Below, piece after piece: positions 9,725 to 17,693 of a stretch of DNA of 31,622 nt. This stretch comes from an uncultured bacterium (GTDB taxonomy: Bacteria; Hydrogenedentota; Hydrogenedentia; Hydrogenedentales; JAEUWI01), in contig CAXBPH010000056.1 in the NCBI GenBank assembly GCA_963977445.1, forward strand, positions 1 to 31,622. The letters are read 5' to 3'. The position numbers and the translations under genes were made by a program. Each line of letters begins with the position of its first letter. The first letter of the stretch is position 1. The notes under the pieces were generated by a model that was not told where the DNA came from, ran no database searches, and saw nothing but the letters and a program-made list of their open reading frames with translations.

Positions 9725-9755
9725 CTGAACATTAAAACACTGAAAATAAGTACAG
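9725..9755 (-). promoter_or_regulatory. Tandem LexA/SOS-box-like operators
   Basis: Minus strand CTGTACTTATTTTCAG (9740-9755, CTG-N10-CAG) and GTGTTTTAATGTTCAG (9725-9740), overlapping the predicted dinB +1. Confidence 0.65.
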
Positions 9756-9759
9756 CCAA

Positions 9760-9788
9760 AGTATATCGCCTTTTGTACGTTCTGTCAA
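9760..9788 (-). promoter_or_regulatory. sigma70 promoter of dinB
   Basis: TTGACA-17 bp-TATACT on the minus strand. Confidence 0.85.
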
Positions 9789-10431
9789 GCAATGACCTGA
9801 GGAAAATAGGTAAGAGGTATAACGCTAACAGTAGCAAGTATTTAGGTGTTCTGTGTGGCCGTTACTCCGGGCGTGCTCCGTACGTTTCGGGTACGCGTGC
9901 GGCACCCTACCGTATGGTCGGACCATAAATGAGGGTGAAAAAAATTCACATTTGTGTGTGACGAGTAGAACAGGCTCTGCTGTTTCCGGAGGTTTTGTAC
10001 CTGCTCTCGTACGTTGTGGTATGGGATTACGCCATTCTTACCATCTGGTTGGAAATGTCTTTCAGGCATATTTATAGAATTAGCACTATTGGAAGCAATT
10101 ATCTATATGGTATGTTCCTGATTTCGGCGGATCCGATTTGGAATCCGAAACGTATTCGCCGTCTCCATTGATTATTCCCAGATTTCCGTGGCACCCCAAG
10201 GGGGTGAAATGCCATTGGGTCCGAATGGCGGTGCCTTGGGTGCTGCATAGCGGTGCTCAAGTGCCGATGCCTTCTTCCTTTCGGTCAGATCAAAAAATAC
10301 GACATGGTATGTTCTGTCGTTGTGGACCTACAGTTGCGTGGTACTTTTTTCCATTTTCTGGCCGATATGGAGTGGTTCAGTGGAGCCTCTGGTCCCGTTG
10401 GGCGATTTGTAATTTGTTGACAGATCAGCCT

Positions 10432-10447
10432 TGGCACGCACATTGCT
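10432..10447 (+). promoter_or_regulatory. sigma54 -24/-12 promoter of amtB-glnK
   Basis: TGGCAC-GCACA-TTGCT, exact consensus spacing, upstream of nitrogen assimilation genes. Confidence 0.9.
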
Positions 10448-10525
10448 CTATGGTGGGTACGGTTTCATAGCCGTGATTAATTTATTGAAGCCCGAAGTGA
10501 CAGTGTGTCAAGAAAGGAAATATCC

Positions 10526-11911
10526 ATGGGCATGGGAAAATGGAAAACAAATATTGCCTTCTCGCTGTTGGCATTAGCACTGGTAGGTGCGATGCCGGAT
10601 TCAATCGCGCAGGAGGAAGTGGTCGAGGCCGTCGCAGAAGCAGCTGCCCCCACCGTAGAAGATGTACAGAATAACCTGAACATTGTGTGGACCTGTGTGT
10701 CGGCCTTTCTGGTCTTCTTTATGCAGGCCGGCTTCGCTATGGTGGAAACTGGCTTTACCCGGGCGAAGAACGTTGTCAACATCATTATGAAGAACCTGAT
10801 GGACTTTTCAATTGGTTCCATCGCATTCTACTCGGTTGGTTTTGGCATCATGTTTGGCTTTAACGCGACCGGGTTCTTCGGTACATCGGATTTTTTCCTC
10901 GGATGGGGATCCTACGGTGATACCTTTGATACCCAGTGGCCCTTCACGTTCCTCATCTTCCAGACCGTGTTTGCTGCTACTGCCGCGACCATCGTTTCTG
11001 GTGCCATGGCCGAACGTACGAAGTTCACCTCCTACCTCGTGTATAGCGTCGTCATCTCCGTGGTGATTTACCCTGTATTCGGTAGCTGGGCGTGGAACAG
11101 TCTCTATGCCGACTCCACCGGTTGGTTGGAAAACATTGGCTTCCTCGACTTTGCCGGTTCCACGGTCGTTCACTCTGTAGGCGGCTGGTTGGCCCTTGCT
11201 GGTGCGTTGGTTCTCGGACCTCGGATTGGCAAGTACGGTCCCGACGGTAAGGCCCGTGCGATTCCTGGTCACAACATGGCCCTCGGCGCGTTGGGCGTAT
11301 TCATCCTGTGGTTGGGCTGGTTCGGCTTCAACCCCGGCAGCACGACAACGGGTGACGGTACGATCGGCTACATCGCTGTTACGACCAACCTGGCCGCCGC
11401 TGCGGGTGCGGTTGGTGCCATGTTCACCGCTTGGATAGTTCTTAAGAAGCCCGAAGGTTCCATGAGCCTGAACGGTGCATTGGCCGGCCTGGTCGCCATC
11501 ACGGCTCCCTGCGACGGTGTTACTCCCCTTGCGGCCATCATGATTGGTCTTATCGGTGGTATTCTTGTGGTTCTCAGCGTCCTCTTTATCGACAAAGTCC
11601 TTAAGATTGACGACCCCGTAGGTTGTATCAGCGTGCACGGTGTTTGCGGTGCCTGGGGTACCCTTTCCGCCGGTCTATGGAACATGGACTCCGGTCTCTT
11701 CTACGGCGGCGGCTTTCACCAATTGGGTGTGCAGGCTATCGGCGTGGGTGCAGCCTTCGCCTGGGCCTTCGGCGTCGGCATGGTGCTCTTCCTCGCTATC
11801 AAATATACCATCGGTATCCGCGTTAGCAAAGAAGAAGAAATCGCTGGCCTTGATGTGGGCGAACACGGCATGGAAGCCTACTCCGGTTTCCAGATCTTCA
11901 ACAACCAGTAA
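10526..11911 (+). CDS. amtB: Ammonium transporter
   Basis: FFMQAGFAMVETG, KNVVNIIMKN, DFAGSTVVH, LWLGWFGFNPGS, DDPVGCISVHG; both conserved His present; AAGGAA RBS before ATG 10526. Confidence 0.97.
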   Translation: MGMGKWKTNIAFSLLALALVGAMPDSIAQEEVVEAVAEAAAPTVEDVQNNLNIVWTCVSAFLVFFMQAGFAMVETGFTRAKNVVNIIMKNLMDFSIGSIAFYSVGFGIMFGFNATGFFGTSDFFLGWGSYGDTFDTQWPFTFLIFQTVFAATAATIVSGAMAERTKFTSYLVYSVVISVVIYPVFGSWAWNSLYADSTGWLENIGFLDFAGSTVVHSVGGWLALAGALVLGPRIGKYGPDGKARAIPGHNMALGALGVFILWLGWFGFNPGSTTTGDGTIGYIAVTTNLAAAAGAVGAMFTAWIVLKKPEGSMSLNGALAGLVAITAPCDGVTPLAAIMIGLIGGILVVLSVLFIDKVLKIDDPVGCISVHGVCGAWGTLSAGLWNMDSGLFYGGGFHQLGVQAIGVGAAFAWAFGVGMVLFLAIKYTIGIRVSKEEEIAGLDVGEHGMEAYSGFQIFNNQ

Positions 11912-11952
11912 GCCGTTATTCGCACGACCTGAACCGAAAGAAAGGATGAACC

Positions 11953-12294
11953 ATGAAACTGGTTACCGCATATATTCAGCCTGAAAAACTAACCGACGTA
12001 AAACAGTCCCTCTACGAAGCGGGCATCACCAAGATGTCTGTCACCAACTCCCTTGGGTGTGGTCAGCAAGGTGGATTCCACGAGTCCTATCGTGGCGTTG
12101 ATATCGAGGTCAACCTCCTCAAGAAAATGCGCTTGGAAATAGCCGTGAATGAAGACTTCGTCAAACCCACGGTGGATGCCATCATCAAAGGCGCGAAAAC
12201 GGGCGCTATTGGTGACGGGAAAATATTCGTCACTGCCTTAGAAGAATGCATCCGCATTCGCACCGGTGAGACTGGCATGGCCGCCATCGGATAG
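11953..12294 (+). CDS. glnK: P-II nitrogen regulatory protein
   Basis: [21 protein letters not shown]-loop, [18 protein letters not shown]; adjacent to amtB. Confidence 0.95.
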   Translation: MKLVTAYIQPEKLTDVKQSLYEAGITKMSVTNSLGCGQQGGFHESYRGVDIEVNLLKKMRLEIAVNEDFVKPTVDAIIKGAKTGAIGDGKIFVTALEECIRIRTGETGMAAIG

Positions 12295-12358
12295 CGTTTG
12301 CGAGGGTCAAACCTCGCTCTCCAAGGGAGCGCTCCCCAAGCGCTTCCCCCATTGCCCA

Positions 12359-12399
12359 GGGGCGGCGTTCCGTAAGGAACGTCGTCCCGTGGCTTTTTT
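12359..12399 (+). terminator. Intrinsic terminator after glnK
   Basis: GGGGCGGCGTTCC-GTAA-GGAACGTCGTCCC stem-loop followed by a T6 tract. Confidence 0.8.
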
Positions 12400-12564
12400 A
12401 TGGGTACTTGGGCAGGAAGCGCTGGTGCATTGCTGACCGACGCCTCAACTCCGGTGCTCCGTCCCGGGCTGGGCGGTATGGGGCTTCTTCTACGTTTGAG
12501 CGGAAACGTGTTATGGTGTGACCTGGAATTTGGGTCGAAATCTGGACGACAAGGAGCAATACCC

Positions 12565-13341
12565 ATGGAACGACGCGATTTTTTGGCCGGCGCGGCCCTC
12601 ACGGGGGCGGGACTTTCCGCCTTGGACGTGAACGCAGAGGAGAATGCGGTGGAACGGGAATACTATGAGTACAGAACCTACAATTTACTTCCCGGTGACC
12701 GCAACGGTGCCATTCATGACTACCTGGAAAAAGCAGCCATTCCCGCATGGAATCGGCTGGGTGTAGGTCCGGTAGGCGTATTTACGGGCGTTTATGGCGG
12801 CGAATGGACCACACTTGAAGTCTTACTTCCCCACCCTTCGCTGGCGTCAATTGCCTCGACCGCAGCGGCCATGGCTGACGACGAAGTGCACCAGCGCGAC
12901 GGCGCGGCGTTTCTTCAGGCCCCGGCCGACGCGCCGGAATTTGTTCGCTATGAAAGCAGTATTATGGTGGCCTTTTCCGGCATGCCCAAGTTGAAACAGC
13001 CGGAGAAGAAGGGACGTATTTTTGAAATACGGACCTATGAGAGTCACAGCGAAAAGTTCGCCAAAAAGAAGATAGAAATGTTCAACGAGGGTGGTGAAAT
13101 TGCCATCTTCCTCGAAACCGGCCTCATTCCCGTATTTTTCGGCGAAACCCTGGTGGGTCCCCGCATGCCCAACCTGACCTACATGCTCGTGTTCGATGAT
13201 ATGGCCGATCACGATGCCAGCTGGGCCAATTTCGTCAAGAGCGATAAGTGGAAGGCCCTCAGTGGCGATTCCCAATATAAGGATACGGTCTCCAACATTC
13301 ACAACCGAATCCTGCGTCCCACGGGCTATTCACAAATCTGA
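12565..13341 (+). CDS. Tat-exported NIPSNAP family protein (two NIPSNAP domains)
   Basis: MERRDFLAGAAL; YYEYRTY and IFEIRTYES..KKIEMFN.GGEI, MPNLTYM; AAGGAG RBS. Confidence 0.9.
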   Translation: MERRDFLAGAALTGAGLSALDVNAEENAVEREYYEYRTYNLLPGDRNGAIHDYLEKAAIPAWNRLGVGPVGVFTGVYGGEWTTLEVLLPHPSLASIASTAAAMADDEVHQRDGAAFLQAPADAPEFVRYESSIMVAFSGMPKLKQPEKKGRIFEIRTYESHSEKFAKKKIEMFNEGGEIAIFLETGLIPVFFGETLVGPRMPNLTYMLVFDDMADHDASWANFVKSDKWKALSGDSQYKDTVSNIHNRILRPTGYSQI

Positions 13342-13380
13342 ATAGCCTCAGTTAGATCACGATCAAACTGAAGGTGTTCC

Positions 13381-13449
13381 AAAGTCTCAGCGGGGTGGCA
13401 CAGGAGTAGCGATTGCTTACGCTTACCTATGCCGCCCCGGTGGGGCTTT
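13381..13449. repeat. Palindromic REP-like element
   Basis: AAAGTCTCAGCGGGGTGGCACAGG...CCTATGCCGCCCCGGTGGGGCTTT imperfect inverted repeat between convergent genes. Confidence 0.65.
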
Positions 13450-13703
13450 GTATTGAAAAGATGTGCTCTTACCCAATTGCGTGATCTTAATCACTATCGC
13501 TGGCGTCGTGGACACGATCTTCCGAAAGAGACTTTGACCATTGGGAGCGCAGGCGGCTCGCCTGCCACGGGCCGAAGGCACGATGTTTTTACAACTTACA
13601 CGCAATGCCGGTGGGCCGCATTTCATCGGCCCGTCCGAGACCTGCGCTTCCGGTGCTTGTCGATAGGGCCCCCGCATCTTCCATTCGCGTTCTTGAAACG
13701 ACG

Positions 13704-13949
13704 CTATTGAGAAGGCGTCGGCGTACCCTGCTGTGTTCCCAGGTCTCGAACGACAGGCGTTGGGCCCACTTTTTGCCTCGGTTGGTCAATCACAAAATCA
13801 AAGAAGATAAAGCCCATAATGACAAAGAGCAGGGCTACCGTAATTCCGACGCATACCAGTATCATTCTTGGAAAAGGATCTTCCGTTGGTATGTTGTTGG
13901 TATTCACGCCATTTTTATATTTTGCTTCAAGGGTATCTTGCTGGTCCAT
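13704..13949 (-). CDS. Small single-pass membrane protein
   Basis: 81 aa with one TM helix (ILVCVGITVALLFVIMGFIFF), starting 1 nt after the mscS stop. Confidence 0.7.
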   Translation of the reverse strand: MDQQDTLEAKYKNGVNTNNIPTEDPFPRMILVCVGITVALLFVIMGFIFFDFVIDQPRQKVGPTPVVRDLGTQQGTPTPSQ

Positions 13950-13950
13950 A

Positions 13951-16215
13951 TCAATCTTCTTTCATTGTCCTGCTTGACGTGTCCGTCGGTCCACGAAAGG
14001 TTACCGGTGGCGGCGGCGTGAGGCCCCCGTTCCCGAAGCGTGCCACAATGTCCTGGGCGGTCTGCGCGCCTCGGGCAGGTCCATGGGGTGGTATTTCCTG
14101 GTTTCCGTCGTCTGTGGACGTTTCTGTGTTTACAAAGAGAGTCTGTGTGGGGAAAGCGAAGGACACACCCAGCCCGTGGGCGAGCCGGATTATATCCAGA
14201 TAGAGTCGGTGTTTTTCCCGGAGCTCGGTCCCCCAATCGGGGGTCTCAACGAAGCAGTAGAGCAGAATGTCGAGGGACGAGGACGAAAAATTACTCAGGT
14301 AAACGTGGTAGTAGTCTTTTCGGGTGTAGGGGTGGGATCGAATCAGCTCACGAATACCCTCACAGAAGGCTTCAATGGTTTCGGGTGGCGTATCGTAGGT
14401 AACGCCGAGGGTGGTTTGGATTCGACGGTAACGACGCACCCCCATGTTGTCGATGGGTGCATTGGTAATCACCGAATTGGGCACCGTAATCAGGGAGTTG
14501 TAGAAGGTGCGGATGCGCGTGCTCCGTATGCCCACCGATTCCACACTGCCGTCGATGTCCCCCACCGTGACCCAGTCGCCTATGCGAAAGGGGCGATCCG
14601 TCAGAATGGTGATGGAACCGAAGATGTTGGCCACTACGTCTTTGGCGGCCAATGCGAAGGCCAGCCCGCCGAGTCCCAGGCCCGTAAGCAGCTGCGTTGG
14701 ATCCCGAGAGATCTGTGAGGCAAAGGCAACAATGCCCGCCACGACGACAAATATCTTCATGGTGCGCACAATGATGGGGACGAGCAAATCGTCGTGTTTA
14801 CTGGTTGACTTGAGGGCCTTTTCGGTCAGGTATTTGCCGATAATATCGATGAGGCAATAGGCGGCCCAGACGGCACCGAGGGAGGTGATGAAGAAGGCGG
14901 CTATCCGCAAATAGGCGAGCACGTTGGGATCGAGGCCCAACAGGGTGAGGCCATAGAGCCATACCCAGGCCATGAGGGCTATCCGGATGGGCCGGATAAA
15001 ATCCCGTTCCAGGCGGGCGTCGTAGGCGTAGCCTTTTCGACGGAACCAGTAGCGAATAAATACACCCGTTATCAGCGTCAGGGCGCGACTGATGATGATC
15101 CCAAGAAGTATCAGTATGAAGAGTCCCAGCCACTGGTAATTCTTCAGTATGAAGGGGGTCTCGAGGAGAGACGGGTAGCTCGAATAGGTCCAGTCCCGAA
15201 TGCGATTGGCCAGCGGTTTGGCTGTGGATTTCTGGCGCAGCCCTTGCACGAGGGGGCGGTCTTTATATTTGAGATAGAGGCTTTCCAAGCTCTCCAGGGT
15301 GCCTTTGGTGAACCGCCAGGCCTTGAGCTCGGGTTCGGATTCATCGGGTATGGGGGCAAGAACAATGCGACCGCTACCGGAAGGATCCTGGAAGAAGACA
15401 TAGGTGCCCCGGTCGGATTCTGGTGGGATTTCGGAAAACTCAATCAGCTTGATGCGATCGATGAGGGCCTTTAGATCGGCGGCCTTGCCCCCGCCGATAT
15501 TCAGGCGGTCGACTTCGTTTACATCGCCCAGATCGAGGGTGTCGATGGCGTCATTGAGGGTGAATCCGTCTTCCCCGTTCATGCCCTTGATAAAGGCTTC
15601 CATCGTCACCCGAGGTGAGCGGAGCGTATGTACATAGCCACCTTCCAGCGCGGCTTCCGTCTCCTCGTGGACATCCGCCAGGGCCTGCAGGTTGGCCAGG
15701 TATTCGGGCTCCAGACTTCGGGAACTGATGCGCCACAACCCATCGGTGTCGTAGCGATGTAGGTAGAGTGTAAAGCTGTTTTCGCCCTCACCAAGGACGG
15801 CCTCATAGTTTTCCCCCGGCGGGCTCTCCTCAATAGACTCCATATCGAACTGGAGCCCATCCATGGCGGCGAAAAGGATCTGCGCGTGCTGACTGCCCTG
15901 ATTTATTTGCTCTTCCGGCGGGATGTCTTCGCCCATATAGAGGCAGCGCACTGCGTCGATTAGACGAGACTCGTTGCCGGCTTCGAAGGCTTGCATGGCT
16001 TCGAAAAAGGTCTTGACGGTCGCCCGCGGTGTGCGGAAGTTGCTTTTTTCGACCCGGGCCGCTGGCGGAGCATCGCCCTCCTGTGCGCGTGGGGCCTGGA
16101 CCGAAGCAAGGAGCACCATGGCGATGCAGAGGGCTCGTAACAGGGGGAATGCTACCCATTTACGGGATGGAGAAGGCGGTAAAATCGGGATTGGGGGCGG
16201 TGCGGGACTAAACAT
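13951..16215 (-). CDS. MscS family mechanosensitive channel with large periplasmic N-terminus
   Basis: GLGLGGLAFALAAKD, DRPFRIGDWV, GSVESVGIRSTRIRT, VPNS, FAFPTQT; two SPRAT-like periplasmic repeats; start at MFSP. Confidence 0.92.
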   Translation of the reverse strand: MFSPAPPPIPILPPSPSRKWVAFPLLRALCIAMVLLASVQAPRAQEGDAPPAARVEKSNFRTPRATVKTFFEAMQAFEAGNESRLIDAVRCLYMGEDIPPEEQINQGSQHAQILFAAMDGLQFDMESIEESPPGENYEAVLGEGENSFTLYLHRYDTDGLWRISSRSLEPEYLANLQALADVHEETEAALEGGYVHTLRSPRVTMEAFIKGMNGEDGFTLNDAIDTLDLGDVNEVDRLNIGGGKAADLKALIDRIKLIEFSEIPPESDRGTYVFFQDPSGSGRIVLAPIPDESEPELKAWRFTKGTLESLESLYLKYKDRPLVQGLRQKSTAKPLANRIRDWTYSSYPSLLETPFILKNYQWLGLFILILLGIIISRALTLITGVFIRYWFRRKGYAYDARLERDFIRPIRIALMAWVWLYGLTLLGLDPNVLAYLRIAAFFITSLGAVWAAYCLIDIIGKYLTEKALKSTSKHDDLLVPIIVRTMKIFVVVAGIVAFASQISRDPTQLLTGLGLGGLAFALAAKDVVANIFGSITILTDRPFRIGDWVTVGDIDGSVESVGIRSTRIRTFYNSLITVPNSVITNAPIDNMGVRRYRRIQTTLGVTYDTPPETIEAFCEGIRELIRSHPYTRKDYYHVYLSNFSSSSLDILLYCFVETPDWGTELREKHRLYLDIIRLAHGLGVSFAFPTQTLFVNTETSTDDGNQEIPPHGPARGAQTAQDIVARFGNGGLTPPPPVTFRGPTDTSSRTMKED

Positions 16216-16221
16216 GGGCTG

Positions 16222-16251
16222 ATTGTACGGGGTCGATTCTGCTGCGTTCAA
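16222..16251 (-). promoter_or_regulatory. sigma70-like promoter giving a near-leaderless mscS transcript
   Basis: TTGAAC-18 bp-TACAAT-6 nt-ATG, with no SD sequence. Confidence 0.55.
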
Positions 16252-16264
16252 ACCACAGCCCCCT

Positions 16265-16368
16265 ATGGGTAGGGTTTCGACCGCAGGAACGCCCCCATTC
16301 CTGCGGTCAAACCCTATTGGGCGGTACGAAACCGCCACCCGCCTCACCGGAGAACTTTTTGCCACCTG
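16265..16368 (-). ncRNA. Candidate sigma54-dependent small RNA or structured leader
   Basis: Starts about 12 nt below a sigma54 promoter; hairpins GGCGGT-TTCGT-ACCGCC and TAGGGTTT-GACCGCAGGAA-loop-TTCCTGCGGTC-G-AAACCCTA. Confidence 0.5.
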
Positions 16369-16378
16369 CCCTACATAG

Positions 16379-16394
16379 AGCAATGGTTGTGCCA
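16379..16394 (-). promoter_or_regulatory. sigma54 -24/-12 promoter
   Basis: TGGCAC-AACCA-TTGCT; shares TTGGCAC-N5-TTGCTCTATG with the amtB promoter. Confidence 0.85.
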
Positions 16395-16422
16395 AACGGT
16401 GATGTTAAGAGAAAATAGGGCG

Positions 16423-16539
16423 TAAGTTAGTGATAATAGAGGAGTTACAATTATTGTTTGTGAAAGGAAATGGACTGCATGCCGTGCCCATTGTTGGAGA
16501 GATTCCCATAATTGGACAACGATTGTCCCAAAGTGAGAA
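16423..16539. promoter_or_regulatory. IHF-like site plus paired enhancer (bEBP) sites
   Basis: TATCACTAACTTA (minus, 16423-16435); TTCCCATAATTGGACA (16503-16518) and TGTCCCAAAGTGAGAA (16524-16539), 21 bp apart centre to centre. Confidence 0.6.
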
Positions 16540-16546
16540 TTGCCCG

Positions 16547-17293
16547 CTATTCGCACCGTTGCCAGATGGTGCCACCGGGGCGCTTGATCTCGCAGGGCTG
16601 ATAACGGGATTTGTAGTTCATGGCGTTGCATTCGGGGATGTAGTAGCCGAGATAATAGTAGTCCAACTCCCACCGGGCCGCGAGGTCCAATTCAAACAAG
16701 GCGGACCAGGTGCCGGGACTGTAGGCGGCATATTTTGGGTCGAAATAAAAGTAGACGGTAGATAAGGCCTGGTCGAGTCGGTCGACAATGCCCACACCGG
16801 CCAATTTCCCCTCGATACGGTATTGGATCTCCAACGTGGAGTAGTCGAGGCAGGAATCAACCAGGAACGACGAATAGCGCTGTTCATCCATGGGTGCTTC
16901 CTTGGTGTTGTGCTGGAAGGCAAGGTAGCGCGCGTAGAGGTCGGCTTTCTCGGGCGAATAGGTGGGCGTCCCCCAGCGCACTTTAAAGACCTCCCGTCCC
17001 TTGTTCCACACCCGGCGTTGGGATTTACTCCGCCGGAAGTCGGCAACGGGCACCCGTAGCACCCAACACTCCTGGCACGTGGCACAAACGGGGCGATAGA
17101 CGTAGCGTCCGTTTCGTCGGTAGCCCCAATCGAGCAGTTCCTGGTAGTGGCCTTCGATGAGGTCGCCATTGCCAAAGCGGAAGGTCGCGGTCTTCCCGGG
17201 CAGATAGGGGCAGGGGTCGGAAACATCGCCCAGATGAATGGCGTGTTCGACTTCTTCGCGGTCAAGTTGGAGTTTCATGGATGGGGTCTTCAA
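16547..17293 (-). CDS. Arginyl-tRNA-protein transferase family (bacterial Bpt/Ate, Asp/Glu leucyltransferase)
   Basis: CPYLPG, GYRRNG..YRPVCATCQEC, LYARY, STVYFYFDP, YYYLGYYI..C..MNYK. Confidence 0.92.
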   Translation of the reverse strand: MKTPSMKLQLDREEVEHAIHLGDVSDPCPYLPGKTATFRFGNGDLIEGHYQELLDWGYRRNGRYVYRPVCATCQECWVLRVPVADFRRSKSQRRVWNKGREVFKVRWGTPTYSPEKADLYARYLAFQHNTKEAPMDEQRYSSFLVDSCLDYSTLEIQYRIEGKLAGVGIVDRLDQALSTVYFYFDPKYAAYSPGTWSALFELDLAARWELDYYYLGYYIPECNAMNYKSRYQPCEIKRPGGTIWQRCE

Positions 17294-17439
17294 ATACCTT
17301 TGTCGTCGCTGTATTCACTATACCATGGCCGTGCCGGCCGATAGCGCTAATCCCTGTCGCCCTTCGGGCAATCACATTAAAGCATGCACGAACACAAGAT
17401 CCGTTTGACGGGCTCCCGATTTTTCGATGTCCACCCGAT

Positions 17440-17656
17440 GGTGCCACCCGATCCCACTCTTCGTACGGCGCAGACGTACGAAGAGTGGGTTCGGGTGCCT
17501 TGACCCAAGTCGATGTCAGAAAAAAGTGGGTTTTACCGTAGCTCGGTTCACCGAAAATCCCACAATGAAACAAAGCCACTGCCAGGACATCCATTAATCC
17601 ACTCCGTAATGGACGCCCAAGGCACCCGAACCAGGAATACCGGATCGGGTGGCACC
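17440..17656. repeat. 217-bp nested inverted-repeat element (MITE or structured ncRNA)
   Basis: Three perfect 15-bp helices: 17440-54/17642-56, 17453-67/17475-89, 17488-502/17618-32. Confidence 0.8.
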
Positions 17657-17693
17657 CCGGCGTCAATATTGTTCAGCAAATGGGAAACGAAGT

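Noticed and set aside
9842..10470. Small ORFs in the dinB-amtB gap
   Set aside because: No RBS or motifs; they overlap a divergent promoter region
16265..16368. c-di-GMP or other known riboswitch
   Set aside because: GGCAAA is present but the GAAA tetraloop/receptor and GCAAAGC elements are not
16216..16395. 60-aa N-terminal extension of MscS
   Set aside because: The TTG start lies inside the sigma54 promoter and the region is hairpin-rich; ATG 16215 precedes the signal-like segment
17440..17656. Retron msr-msd
   Set aside because: The terminal inverted repeats fit superficially, but no reverse transcriptase is present in the window
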